A DNA stretch of 64,000 nt from Myxococcota bacterium (GCA_044344255.1 JBIJDH010000020.1:1-64000), one strand, 5' to 3'. Shown: positions 1-9,643, counted from the stretch's first letter. A program made the numbers and translations. Notes: generated by a model not told the origin, from the sequence alone.

Positions 1-238
1 TGGGCAGCAGATCGATGGCCCCAGAGCCGGCTGAGCGTCTGGTGTTCAAGCAGGGGGTGCTTCCTCGATATGCCGGTGCTCCTTGTGGCACCCAGACACG
101 GTAACCTCTGAGCGAGCGCGCGAGCGATTTTACAATTGGCTCACAAATCTCGGTTCCGCGCAAGCGGTCGCGGCAGAGTTTGCAATTATCCATCCCCGGC
201 ACCGATTCGCTTGCTCCCGTGCGAGGATGAGCGTCCCC

Positions 239-266
239 TCGGAGCCCCCATGTCGGAGCCCCCATG
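239..266 (+). repeat. Perfect 14-bp tandem duplication (TCGGAGCCCCCATG x2) covering the RBS and start codon of the LysR gene
   Basis: Read directly: tcggagcccccatg-tcggagcccccatg; the second ATG (264) opens the LysR ORF. Confidence 0.9.
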
Positions 267-1202
267 ATCGACCTGCTCGACGGCTCCGCCCTCCCCGCCC
301 TCGCGGCCCTGCTCGAGACCCGCTCCGTCACCCTGGCGGCCAGGCGCCTCGGGGTGACCCAGTCGGCGATGAGCCACAGCCTCGCCCGCCTGCGGGAGCA
401 GCTCGGAGACCCGCTGCTGGTGCGCACCGGCCGCGGCATGGTGCTGAGCGCGCGCGCCGAGGAGATGGTCCCGCGCCTGCGGGCCGCGCTCGAGCAGCTC
501 CGCCTGGCCCTGGCCGCGCCCGCCGCCTTCGAGCCCGCCCGCTCCACCCGGGTCTTCCGCATCGCGGCCGCCGACTACGTCGAATTCGTGCTCCTCCCTG
601 GATTGGTGAGCCGGCTCACCGCCGAGGCCCCCGGGGTCGACCTCTGGATCACCCGCCATGGCCCCTCCGTGCTCAGCCTCGCGCAGGGGGAGGAGGACCT
701 CCAGATCCGCATCTTGCGCGCGGAAGACGAGGTCGCGGGGCTCCGGGCGCGGGCCCTCTTTCGCGACCGCTTCGTCTGTGTCGCCCGCCACGGCCACCCC
801 CTGCTCGAGGGCCCCCTCAGCCCCGAACGGTTCGCCGCGGCCCGCCACGCCTTCATCGCCCCCGGCGGCGGCCCTGGCGGCCCGGTCGACCGCGCCCTCG
901 CCGAGCTGGGGTTGAGCCGCCGCGTCGCGGTGGCCGTCCCTCATTTCCTCGTCGCCCCTCGCCTCGTCGCCGGCTCCGACCTCGTGCTCACCCTCGCCGA
1001 GCGGGTCGCGCGGGCCTTCGCCGCCCACCTCCCGATCACGATCTTCGAGCCGCCGCTCCCGCTGCCCACCTTCACCCTCTCCCTCGTCTGGCACGAGCGG
1101 CTGGAGGCCGACCCCGGCCACGCCTGGCTCCGCCGCACGCTCGTGGCCGCGGCGGGGGCCCTCGAGGGCCTCTCCCTCCCCGACGCCCTAGCCGAGGGCT
1201 GA
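264..1202 (+). CDS. LysR-family transcriptional regulator (NodD/ToxR-like substrate-binding domain)
   Basis: N-terminal HTH 'LLETRSVTLAARRLGVTQSAMSHSLARLREQLGDPLLVRTGRGM'; C-terminal 'LVWHER...DPGHAWLR'; 312 aa. Confidence 0.95.
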   Translation: MIDLLDGSALPALAALLETRSVTLAARRLGVTQSAMSHSLARLREQLGDPLLVRTGRGMVLSARAEEMVPRLRAALEQLRLALAAPAAFEPARSTRVFRIAAADYVEFVLLPGLVSRLTAEAPGVDLWITRHGPSVLSLAQGEEDLQIRILRAEDEVAGLRARALFRDRFVCVARHGHPLLEGPLSPERFAAARHAFIAPGGGPGGPVDRALAELGLSRRVAVAVPHFLVAPRLVAGSDLVLTLAERVARAFAAHLPITIFEPPLPLPTFTLSLVWHERLEADPGHAWLRRTLVAAAGALEGLSLPDALAEG

Positions 1203-2336
1203 GCCGAGCCCGCCGCGGAGGTCTACCCGCGCGGCCTTGCCCTGGAACCGCCCCTTCGCCCCGCCGCCGCGCCCCTCGAGGGCGGCCGCCACCTGCGGGC
1301 CCGTGGCCTTCACCCGCGCCTCGGGCCCGGCGACGAGGAAGACGCCGTCCCGGTCCCCCGCGGTGAGCACGCAGAGGGCCCCCGGGTGGCGGGCGAGCAC
1401 GGCGTCCGCCACGGCGGAGAGGAAGGCGGGATCGGCCTCCTCACGGTGCCACAGGAGGGTGGGGGGCTCGCCCATGGGGGAGAGCCCTTGTCCGATCGCG
1501 GCGGCGAGCTCCCGCGACAGGGCCTGCCTCGCCTTCCCGCCGCGCTTCGCCTCGTCCACCGCTCGCTCGATCGCGGCGAGGTGCTCGGCGGGCGGGCAGG
1601 TGAGCAGGCGGGTGAGGGCCGCCTCCCGCTCGAGCAGGCCGTGCAGGGCGCGGTTGACCCGCCCGCCCACCAGGAAGTGCAGGCGCGTGCTGCGCTTCAG
1701 ACGCTCGACCTCGATGAGCGAGATCACCTGCAGCTCGGCGGTGCGGCTGAGGTGGGTGCCGCCGCAGGTGTTGAGATCGACGCCCTCGATCTCCACGAGG
1801 CGGACCGCCCCGCTGAAGCCCTCCGGGAGGCCGCGGCTGCGCACCGGGAGGCCCGCCATCTCCGCCACCGACACGGTGCGCACCCGCACCGGCCGATCCT
1901 CGCGGATGATCGTGTTGACCGCCTCCTCGAGCGCGAGGCGGGCCCGGGGATCGAGCTCCCCTTCGAGCTCGACGTCGGCGCGCTCCGGCCCGAGGTGGAA
2001 GGCGGTGGTGGGCAGGCCGAAGCGGTCGGCGGCGACCGCCGAGAGGAGGTGCTGGCCCGTGTGCTGCTGGCTGAGGTCGAGCCGCCGCGCCCGGTCGAGC
2101 CGCACCGTCACCTCGCCCGCTACCGGCGCCCCGAGGATGTGCACCACCCCGCCCTCTTCGCGGCGGAGGCCGAGCACGGGCCGGTCGTCTACGGTGCCGT
2201 GGTCATCGGGCTGCCCGCCGCCCTCGGGGAAGAGCACGGTGTCGGCCAGCAGGGCCTCGAAGCGGCCGCCCACCGCCTCGCAGCGGAGCACGGCGGCGCG
2301 GAGCACCGTCGCGGCGGGATCGTCGTGGTAGCGCAT
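1188..2336 (-). CDS. AlaX-type alanyl-tRNA editing protein with DHHA1 domain
   Basis: 'FPEGGGQPDD', zinc motifs 'QQHTGQH' and 'CGGTH', C-terminal 'GRGGG...FQG'. Confidence 0.92.
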   Translation of the reverse strand: MRYHDDPAATVLRAAVLRCEAVGGRFEALLADTVLFPEGGGQPDDHGTVDDRPVLGLRREEGGVVHILGAPVAGEVTVRLDRARRLDLSQQHTGQHLLSAVAADRFGLPTTAFHLGPERADVELEGELDPRARLALEEAVNTIIREDRPVRVRTVSVAEMAGLPVRSRGLPEGFSGAVRLVEIEGVDLNTCGGTHLSRTAELQVISLIEVERLKRSTRLHFLVGGRVNRALHGLLEREAALTRLLTCPPAEHLAAIERAVDEAKRGGKARQALSRELAAAIGQGLSPMGEPPTLLWHREEADPAFLSAVADAVLARHPGALCVLTAGDRDGVFLVAGPEARVKATGPQVAAALEGRGGGAKGRFQGKAARVDLRGGLGSALG

Positions 2337-2354
2337 GGGGCCCCGGACTCTGGC

Positions 2355-4067
2355 TTAGGGGGGACAGGTGGCGGTGGTGTCGTACTCGAGGTCGTCGATG
2401 GCGTAGGCGAAGCCGTTGCCCGCCGACAGGTAATGATCGAGCCGATCCACCGTCCAGGGGATCGTCATCGTCTGGATGCTCGTCGCCCCCGTGAGCCGCA
2501 TCGTAGTCGAGCCCACCAGGGCGCCCGAGAGGTAGCCCTCCACCGTCACGGTGATGTCGGAGCCGCCCGCGGTGCGCTCGAGCGTGAAGGAGACGTTCGA
2601 GGCCGCCGCCGAGAAGGTGAGCTTGTTGATGTTCGACCCGAAGTCCCACAGGCCCCAGGCGGGGTTCGGCACAGTGTTGACGTCAGACCAGTTCCCGGGA
2701 TCGCCATAGGCGTCGCCGCCGACGAGGCCGTAGCCGCTCGACATGCTGAAGGTGAGCCCGTAGGCACCGTAGAAGGTCGTCGGGTTGGTGCCGTAGCCCG
2801 TGGTGGTGTAGGCGTTCGTAAAGTTGAGGAAGCAGGTGTTCGAGCACACCTCATCGGCGTAGGTGCCGTCGCAGTCATCGTCCCGACTGTTACAGACCTC
2901 GGAGGCGCCCGGGTAGACGGTGGACTCGGCGTCGTCACAGTCATCCCCGACGGTGACGGAGCCCGAGGGGAGCAGGCAGGTCCAGTCGCCGGTGGTGGGG
3001 TCACCGTGGCCGTCGCGGTCGACATCGTCCCAGCTCTCGAGGCCGGTGCTGGTGTCGACGCTGGGATCGGCGTCGTCGATGAGGGTGTCGCAGTCGTCGT
3101 CGATGCTGTTGCAGATCTCCAGCCCGGCCGGCGAGACGAGGCGGTCGGTGTCGTCGCAGTCGTCGTCGTTGCTCACCCGGGTCGAGCCGGGGGAGCAGAA
3201 CCAGGCGCCGGTGGCCGGATCGCCGTAGCTGTCGGTGTCGGCGTCCGCCCAGGTGTAGGTGCCGGTGGAGAGGTCGACGTCGGGGTCATCGTCGTCGATG
3301 AGGCTGTCGCAGTCGTCGTCGAGGCTGTTGCAGACCTCGGGGGCGCCCGGGTAGGCGTCGGGCCGGGTGTCGTCGCAGTCCTCGCAGGCGGCCCAGCCGT
3401 CGCTGTCGTCGTCGGCGTAGCTCAGCGAGCCGTCACAGTTCGCGTCGATGGCGACGTCGCAGGCCTCGGGCGCGCCGGGGTAGATCGTCTCGTCGGTGTC
3501 GTCGCAGTCGTCATCGTTCTCGACCGCCCCCGCGGGCAGCGAGCAGGCGAGGAAGGCGCCGTCGGGGTCACCGTAGGTGTCCTCGTCGACGTCGAGGTAG
3601 TAGGTCTGCTGGACGTCCTCGTCGACGAGCGTGTCGCAGTCGTTGTCGAGCTCGTCGCAGATCTCTTCGGCGCCGGGGTAGATCGCCTCGTTGTCATCGT
3701 CGCAGTCGCCGGCCAGGGCCACGACCCCCTCGGGCAGCTCACAGGCCTCGACGGGGCGGAGCTCGTCGCCCCAGGTGTCCTCGTCGTTGTCCTCGTAGCC
3801 GGTGGTCTTGACCCCCTCGTCCACCTCGCCGTCACAGTTGTTGTCGAGCCCGTCGCAGAGCTCGCTGTGATCGGGGTAGACGTCGGGGTTGCCGTCGTCG
3901 CAGTCGCCCTCGGTGGCGGGGAAGCCGTCCCCGTCGCGATCGACGACGTCATCGCCGGTGTCGGTCACCGTCTTGGTGGTGCCCACCTGGACGTCGGTGA
4001 CACAGGCGGACAGGGCCAGCAAGAGGGGGAGCAGCATACGCGGCGACACGACAGACACAGGATGCAT
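2355..4067 (-). CDS. Lipoprotein with multiple Cys/Asp-rich putative metal-binding (MopE-like) repeats
   Basis: Lipobox 'LSAC'; about 6 repeats of 'DCDD...YPGAxExC(D/N)xxDxDCD'; beta-rich C-terminal domain. Confidence 0.88.
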   Translation of the reverse strand: MHPVSVVSPRMLLPLLLALSACVTDVQVGTTKTVTDTGDDVVDRDGDGFPATEGDCDDGNPDVYPDHSELCDGLDNNCDGEVDEGVKTTGYEDNDEDTWGDELRPVEACELPEGVVALAGDCDDDNEAIYPGAEEICDELDNDCDTLVDEDVQQTYYLDVDEDTYGDPDGAFLACSLPAGAVENDDDCDDTDETIYPGAPEACDVAIDANCDGSLSYADDDSDGWAACEDCDDTRPDAYPGAPEVCNSLDDDCDSLIDDDDPDVDLSTGTYTWADADTDSYGDPATGAWFCSPGSTRVSNDDDCDDTDRLVSPAGLEICNSIDDDCDTLIDDADPSVDTSTGLESWDDVDRDGHGDPTTGDWTCLLPSGSVTVGDDCDDAESTVYPGASEVCNSRDDDCDGTYADEVCSNTCFLNFTNAYTTTGYGTNPTTFYGAYGLTFSMSSGYGLVGGDAYGDPGNWSDVNTVPNPAWGLWDFGSNINKLTFSAAASNVSFTLERTAGGSDITVTVEGYLSGALVGSTTMRLTGATSIQTMTIPWTVDRLDHYLSAGNGFAYAIDDLEYDTTATCPP

Positions 4068-4145
4068 GGGGCCTCCGACGGCGAAGCCCCATCATCCCAC
4101 GTTTCCGCGCCGCTTGGGCGGGCAAGCCGCGAACGGCGCGCGGGG

Positions 4146-4205
4146 CGCTCCGTCCTCGTCGCTCAGTCCTCGTCGCTCCGTCCTCGTCGCTCAGTCCTCG
4201 TCGCT
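4146..4205. repeat. 14-bp tandem repeat x4 (CGCTC[C/A]GTCCTCGT) spanning the cytochrome c stop codon
   Basis: Units at 4146, 4160, 4174, 4188; the stop (tca on + strand) at 4191-4193 lies in the last unit. Confidence 0.9.
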
Positions 4206-4532
4206 GCCCGAGCCCAGCGACTCGACGTAGGCGGCGACGTCGGCGATCTCCTGGTCGGTGAGGTCGCCCTCGAAGCCGGGCATGTCGCCCTCGCCCGTGA
4301 GGATGATGTCGATGACCTCTTCGGTGCCTTCGGACTCCCCGTCGAGGGCGGGGCCGGAGCCGCCGCTGCCGGCCGCGCCGTGGCAGCTCGCGCAAGAGTC
4401 GTCGTATACGACCTCGCCGTTCGCAAGGTCACCGTCGAGGGCGGCGATGTCGGCCGCCTTCTGGCTCCCACAGGCGACCATCGGGAGCAGGGTGAGCACG
4501 AGGGTCCAGCGGTTCAGCGTCGATTGGAACAT
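4191..4532 (-). CDS. Small monoheme cytochrome c lipoprotein
   Basis: Start moved to MFQSTLN (4532); lipobox 'MVAC'; CASCH heme motif; distal 'MPGF...LTDQEIADVAAYV'. Confidence 0.9.
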   Translation of the reverse strand: MFQSTLNRWTLVLTLLPMVACGSQKAADIAALDGDLANGEVVYDDSCASCHGAAGSGGSGPALDGESEGTEEVIDIILTGEGDMPGFEGDLTDQEIADVAAYVESLGSGSDED

Positions 4533-4596
4533 GAGGTCCTCCAGGGAGCCCTGTCTTGGGCTGCCCTGAAGGTAGTCACCCCACCGGCGCGGGGGA

Positions 4597-5802
4597 TTAG
4601 GAGTCCGTGAGAGGCGCGGCGGCGCCCACGCCCAGGACCTTTCGGAGGTCGACCCCGGGGACGGCGTCGTGGTGGTCGAGCACGAGCTGCCGCACGGCCG
4701 CGGTGAGGGCGGTCTCGATCTCCTTCTCGGCCATGCCCGAGACGATGCTCGGGTTGGGATCGGCGAGCTGGCCCGGGTTCTGCCCGCTGCGGAGGGCGGC
4801 GAGCTGGAGCAGCAGGGCGAGCCCGCGGAGGCCGGCCTCCACCCCCTCCGCCTTGGCCACGCCGCCGAGGGCCTCGAAGCGGGTGACATCGACCTGGCCG
4901 CCGCGCGCGATGTGCAAAGAGTGCAGCCGGGCGACGTCCTCGCCGTTCTTCTTGAGCACGACGCCGTCGCTGTCGATGGAGATGCCGGTCACGTCGGGCA
5001 CGCCGCCCTTGGCGAGGGAGGCGGCGTCGCCGGCGAGGGAGACGGTCACCGACAGGCCGCAGCCGGCGGGCACGGTGATCGAGCCCGGGCCCGCGCCCTG
5101 CGTGATCTCACGCTTCACGGCGAAGCGGGCGTTGGCCGAGGCCCCGCGCACCTGCTCGGGCTTGAGGTCCCCCGCCGGGCCGCCGGAGCCGCTCGCCTGG
5201 AAGCGCCCCTGGAGCTTGGCGAGCGTGCCGCCGAGGTCGGTGTCTTGCAGCGGGTTGTAGCCGGCGCGCTGCAGCGGGGTGCCGCTCATCAGGTTGTTGA
5301 CGAACTTCTCGATCTCGCCCCGCACCGTGCCCGAGATGGGCACGCCGATCTGGGTGTTCTCGAGGTTCACGCTGCTGATCCGACCGCTCCGAAAGTCCCA
5401 CGTGAGGCCGCGCCAGGCGACGTTGCTGAGCGGCCACTGGGCGTCGACCACGAGCGCGGGCCAAAAATGGAGGTCCAGCGAGGTGGCCGAGACCTGGATT
5501 GAGACCTGGGTGGGCTCGGTGGTGGTGAGCTGGTTCCAATTGCCGGTGAGCGCCGTGTTCCCGGGGAGGGAGAAGCCGACGCCGGCCGACTGGAGGTCAA
5601 TCCCCTCGGGGAGCTGGCTGGCCACGCTGGCCCCCGGGCCCGCCGCGGCGGGGAGCTGCGCGGCGGCGGCGGCGTTCCCGCGCCCACCCCCGGAGACCCG
5701 CGGTGAAGGCGAGCGCGCGGGGCCCGCCTGCTGCGGCCCGGCGCCGCCCTGCTGGGGCCCCGTAGACGACTGCGGCGAGCGGGACTGGGCGAGCGACGGC
5801 AT
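4597..5802 (-). CDS. Hypothetical protein with low-complexity Q/G/P N-terminus and beta-rich body
   Basis: Start moved to MPSLAQS (5802) with GGAGG RBS upstream; the upstream part of the 999-aa ORF is antisense to the VWA gene. Confidence 0.75.
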   Translation of the reverse strand: MPSLAQSRSPQSSTGPQQGGAGPQQAGPARSPSPRVSGGGRGNAAAAAQLPAAAGPGASVASQLPEGIDLQSAGVGFSLPGNTALTGNWNQLTTTEPTQVSIQVSATSLDLHFWPALVVDAQWPLSNVAWRGLTWDFRSGRISSVNLENTQIGVPISGTVRGEIEKFVNNLMSGTPLQRAGYNPLQDTDLGGTLAKLQGRFQASGSGGPAGDLKPEQVRGASANARFAVKREITQGAGPGSITVPAGCGLSVTVSLAGDAASLAKGGVPDVTGISIDSDGVVLKKNGEDVARLHSLHIARGGQVDVTRFEALGGVAKAEGVEAGLRGLALLLQLAALRSGQNPGQLADPNPSIVSGMAEKEIETALTAAVRQLVLDHHDAVPGVDLRKVLGVGAAAPLTDS

Positions 5803-5934
5803 CGGACCTCCGGAGACCACACTCTCGCAGAGACGGGCCCGGCTGGCCACCTCGGCCGGCAAATTTGCCCCACCTTCGGTGTCGTGGTCGTCGGTGTCGT
5901 GGTCGGGCGGGAAGCCCCGCGATAACCCGAGGGC

Positions 5935-7665
5935 ATGCCACACACCGATCTCACCCAGGCAAAGCGGCCGCCCATCCAATCCATCCGCGGCACCGCCGCC
6001 CTGATCATCGGGCTCGGGCTCGTCCTGGGCTGCGCGGGGGGCGACGGCTCCCCCGGCGGCGGCGGCGGTGGCACGAAGGGCTTCTCCGGGCCGCGGGAGA
6101 CGGTGACCGTCACGATCGACTACGGCAGCGAGAAGAAGACCTGGATGGAGGAGATGATCCAGGCCTACGAGGCCGCCGAGCCCACGCTCCCCTCCGGCGA
6201 GCGCATCGACATCGTCGGCAACGCCCTCGGCTCCGGTGACGCCATGGAGGGCATCCTCGACGGCAGCCGCAAGCCCGAGGTCTTCAGCCCCGCCTCTTCC
6301 GCCTATCTGAGCCTCCTGGAGCAGCGCTGGGCCGGCAAGTCCCCGCCCACCCAGGGCACCGCCGACGCCCTCGTGCTCTCCCCGGTCGTCATCGCCATGT
6401 GGAAGCCGATGGCCGAGGCCCTCGGCTGGCCCGGCAAGCCCGTCGGCTGGGCCGAGCTCCTGCGCATCCACCAGTCTCCCCAAGGCTGGGCCGGGCTCGG
6501 CCACCCCGAGTGGGGGGCCTTCAAGCTCGGCCACACCCACCCCGGGATGTCCAACTCGGGGCTGCTCGCCGTGCTCGCCGAGGCCTACGCGGGCTCGGGC
6601 AAGGCGCGCGGCCTCACCGAGGCGGACCTCGACGCCCCCGCCACCCAGCGCTTCCTGGCCGACGTCGAGGGGTCGATCGTCTACTACGGCAAGTCCACGG
6701 GCTTCTTCTCCGACAAGATGCTCGAGCGGGGCCCCGCCTTCCTCTCCGCGGCCGTGCTCTACGAGAACCTCGTGGTGGAGTCTTACGGGAAGCAGACCGG
6801 CGCGCCCTTCCCGCTGGTCTCGATCTACCCCACCGAGGGCACCTTCTGGTCTGATCACCCCTACGCGATCATGAACAGTGACTACGTCACGCCGAAGGAG
6901 AAGGAGGCCGCGACCGCCTTCCTCACCTTCCTGAAGAGCCCCTCGGCCCAGCAGCGGGCGATGGCCCTCGGCTTCCGCCCGAGCGACCCGAACATCGCCA
7001 TCGGCGCCCCCCTCGACGCCGCGCACGGGGTCGATCCCCTCCAGCCCCAGACCCTGCTCGAGGTGCCGAACGGCGCCACCCTCCAGCACCTTCTGGGCGT
7101 CTGGCAGCAGGTGAAACGACCGAGCTCGGTGGTGCTGGTCTTTGACAAGTCGGGCAGCATGCGCGGCCAGCCGCTGACCGACGCCAAGGCGGGGGCCAAG
7201 GCCTTCATGGGCACGCTGAGCGAGCGGGACGAGCTCTCCATCCTCTTCTTCGACAGCAAGGTGCCCGACGCCACCGACTTCCACACCCTCGACGCCGCAG
7301 GGCGGGCCGAGCTCGGCACCGCCATCGACAACGTCTTCGCCGACGGTGGCACCGCCTTCTACGACGCCGTCCTCAAGGCCTTTGGCACCGCAAACGAGCG
7401 CCGGGCGAAAGATCCGAAGCGCATCTACGCCGTCGTCGCGATGACCGACGGCAAGGACGAGAACAGCGCGCTCCAGCTCTCCTCCCTCGTGAGCCAGTTC
7501 AGCTCGGAGTCGGACAACCCGGTGAAGGTCTTCACGATCGCCTACGGCCCCGCCCCCGACGGCGCCGTGCTCGAGCAGATCGCCAACGCCGCGCAAGGCG
7601 GCACGGCGAAGGGCACGGCCACCGAGATCCAGACCGTGTTCCGAGACATCGCGGCCTTCTTCTGA
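5935..7665 (+). CDS. Extracellular solute-binding protein (type II PBP, SBP_bac_11-like) fused to a VWA domain; lipoprotein
   Basis: Lipobox 'LVLGC'; 'YGSEKK', 'FSPASS', 'KLGHTHP..SNSG', 'YPxEGTFWSDHP'; VWA MIDAS 'DKSGSM', 'GGTAFYD', 'MTDG', 'VFTIAYG'. Confidence 0.92.
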   Translation: MPHTDLTQAKRPPIQSIRGTAALIIGLGLVLGCAGGDGSPGGGGGGTKGFSGPRETVTVTIDYGSEKKTWMEEMIQAYEAAEPTLPSGERIDIVGNALGSGDAMEGILDGSRKPEVFSPASSAYLSLLEQRWAGKSPPTQGTADALVLSPVVIAMWKPMAEALGWPGKPVGWAELLRIHQSPQGWAGLGHPEWGAFKLGHTHPGMSNSGLLAVLAEAYAGSGKARGLTEADLDAPATQRFLADVEGSIVYYGKSTGFFSDKMLERGPAFLSAAVLYENLVVESYGKQTGAPFPLVSIYPTEGTFWSDHPYAIMNSDYVTPKEKEAATAFLTFLKSPSAQQRAMALGFRPSDPNIAIGAPLDAAHGVDPLQPQTLLEVPNGATLQHLLGVWQQVKRPSSVVLVFDKSGSMRGQPLTDAKAGAKAFMGTLSERDELSILFFDSKVPDATDFHTLDAAGRAELGTAIDNVFADGGTAFYDAVLKAFGTANERRAKDPKRIYAVVAMTDGKDENSALQLSSLVSQFSSESDNPVKVFTIAYGPAPDGAVLEQIANAAQGGTAKGTATEIQTVFRDIAAFF

Positions 7666-8438
7666 TGGCCGCCACTCCCTCTCCCCGCGCTCTGCTCACC
7701 GCGGCCACCCGGCCGGTCTCCCTGCTCGTCCTGCTGGGCTCGGCCGCGCTGGGCTGGGGCCTCGACGTGGCGGCGCTGCCCGCGATCGGCGCCCTCGCCT
7801 TCACCGCCCTCGTCGCCTTCGAGGTGATGGGCGCCGACGGTCCGAAGGGACTGGGCGAGCGGAAGGCGACGCAGCTCCCGAGCCCGAGTGACATCCGGGA
7901 CCCTTCGGTGAAGTACGTCGTGGCGGACCTTCACCACGCCCGGAAGGAGCTCGACCGGGTGATCGGGGAGACCGCCATCGACGTCGTCTCCGGCGTCTCG
8001 GACACGCTCCGGCGGGTCGACGAGCTCTGGGCCCACTCGGTCGGCCTCATCACCCAGGCCGAGGAGCTCGGCGCTTACCTCGCCTCCCAGAAGCGCGGCG
8101 ACGTCGAAGAGGAGATCAAGCGCCTCGACGCCCGCATCCGCGAGACCCGCGACGCGAGCGCCCGCGCCGAGTATGAGAAGGCCAAGCTGACCCGCCGGGC
8201 CCAGCAAGAGACGCTGGACCGCATCGAGGGGGCCCGTGACCGGATCCTCGCCCACCTCTCGGGCATCCAGGCCACCGTTGAGGGCATCGGCCCGAAGATC
8301 GTCCACATGCGCGCCCTCGATGAAGAGGAGCGCCGCACCATCACCTTGAACGTCTCTCGGGAGCTCGACCGCACCAACCAAGAGGTGGGTGCCCTCGAGT
8401 CTTCCTTGCAGGGCCTGTTGGAGCTCAGTCGCCAATGA
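7665..8438 (+). CDS. Membrane-anchored coiled-coil protein (two N-terminal TM helices)
   Basis: Hydrophobic residues ~17-53, then long E/R/L heptad helices; overlaps both neighbours (TGATG, ATGA). Confidence 0.8.
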   Translation: MAATPSPRALLTAATRPVSLLVLLGSAALGWGLDVAALPAIGALAFTALVAFEVMGADGPKGLGERKATQLPSPSDIRDPSVKYVVADLHHARKELDRVIGETAIDVVSGVSDTLRRVDELWAHSVGLITQAEELGAYLASQKRGDVEEEIKRLDARIRETRDASARAEYEKAKLTRRAQQETLDRIEGARDRILAHLSGIQATVEGIGPKIVHMRALDEEERRTITLNVSRELDRTNQEVGALESSLQGLLELSRQ

Positions 8439-9625
8439 ACACCAAGAACATCGTGCTCGCCGTCTTCCTGGTCGCCGTCGCCGTGATCATCGGGGTCACG
8501 GTGGTCCGCCAGGGTAAGGGCTCCACCAACGAGGCCGGTGGTGATGGCGGAAAGGGCGGAAAGTCCTTGAGCAACGACGATGCTGTCGAGATCAGCATGC
8601 TCTACGGCACCGAGAAGAAGGACTGGATCGAGGCCTCCGCCGCCCGCTTCCAGACCAGCCACCCCGAGATCAAGCTCACGCTCAAGGGCATGGGCTCGAC
8701 CGACGCGATGAACGCCATCCTCGAGGGACGGGAGAAGCCGACGATCTTCAGCCCCGCCGACTCGGTGATGATGAACCTCCTCATCGCCGACTGGGAGACC
8801 CAGTACCACAGCCCGCTCGTGCCGAGCTCGGGCCCCGGCGCACCTCAGCCGCTGATGATCACCCCGCTGGTCTTCGCCGTCTGGGAGGACCGCGCCCAGG
8901 CCCTGATGGCCAAGGAGGGCGCGATCACCTGGGCCTCCCTCCACGACGCGGTCACCGCCAAGCAGGGCTGGGCGGCGGTGGGCGGAAAGGCGGAGTGGGG
9001 CTTCGTCAAGCTCGGCCACACCGACCCCACCCGCTCGAATTCCGGCCTCCAGTCCATCACCCTGATGGCGATGGAGCACTTCGGGCGAACCAACCTCACC
9101 GTCGCCGACGTGCTCGACCCCGCCTTCCAGACCTGGTTCACCGAGCTCGAGGCGGGCGTCACCAAGTTCGAGCTCTCCACCGGCACCTTCATGACCGACA
9201 TGGTGCGCTACGGGCCCTCCAAGTACGACATCGCGGTCGTCTACGAGAGCCTCGCCATCGGTCAGCTCGCCAACGCACAGGGACGCTGGGGTAATTTGAA
9301 GGTCTATTACCCGAAGACCACCCTGTGGAGTGACAGCCCGGCGGCCATCCTCGAGGGCGACTGGGTGACCCCGGCCCAGAAGGCCGCCGCCACCACCTGG
9401 CTCCAGTACCTCCTGAGCAAGGAGGTCCAGACCACCGCCCTGGCCTACGGGTTCCGCCCCGCCGACCTCTCGATCCCCCTGAAGAGCGCCGACGCCAACA
9501 ACCCCTTCAATCGAATGGCGCCGTATGGCATCCAGGTCGACATCGGCTCGGCGGCCAGCGCCCCCGACGGGCCGGTCATCCAGAACCTGATGATGCTCTG
9601 GACCCGTCAGGTGCAGAAGAAGTAG
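8435..9625 (+). CDS. Membrane-anchored solute-binding protein, paralog of the N-terminal domain of 5935..7665
   Basis: N-terminal TM; 'YGTEKK', 'FSPADS', 'KLGHTDPTRSNSG', 'YPKTTLWSDSP', 'YGFRP'. Confidence 0.9.
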   Translation: MNTKNIVLAVFLVAVAVIIGVTVVRQGKGSTNEAGGDGGKGGKSLSNDDAVEISMLYGTEKKDWIEASAARFQTSHPEIKLTLKGMGSTDAMNAILEGREKPTIFSPADSVMMNLLIADWETQYHSPLVPSSGPGAPQPLMITPLVFAVWEDRAQALMAKEGAITWASLHDAVTAKQGWAAVGGKAEWGFVKLGHTDPTRSNSGLQSITLMAMEHFGRTNLTVADVLDPAFQTWFTELEAGVTKFELSTGTFMTDMVRYGPSKYDIAVVYESLAIGQLANAQGRWGNLKVYYPKTTLWSDSPAAILEGDWVTPAQKAAATTWLQYLLSKEVQTTALAYGFRPADLSIPLKSADANNPFNRMAPYGIQVDIGSAASAPDGPVIQNLMMLWTRQVQKK

Positions 9626-9643
9626 CCGCCGCGCGGGGCCCGC

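Noticed and set aside
1..238. Lower-GC stretch with an imperfect inverted repeat (about 145-183), considered as ncRNA, attC site or IS end
   Set aside because: No RYYYAAC/GTTRRRY pair and no tRNA or riboswitch hallmarks; upstream context is missing.
1386..4610. 1074-aa plus-strand ORF
   Set aside because: Antisense shadow of three genes with clear motifs; high GC3 suppresses stops on the opposite strand.
5803..7596. N-terminal ~600 aa of the 999-aa minus-strand ORF
   Set aside because: Antisense to the SBP-VWA gene; the real gene starts at 5802.
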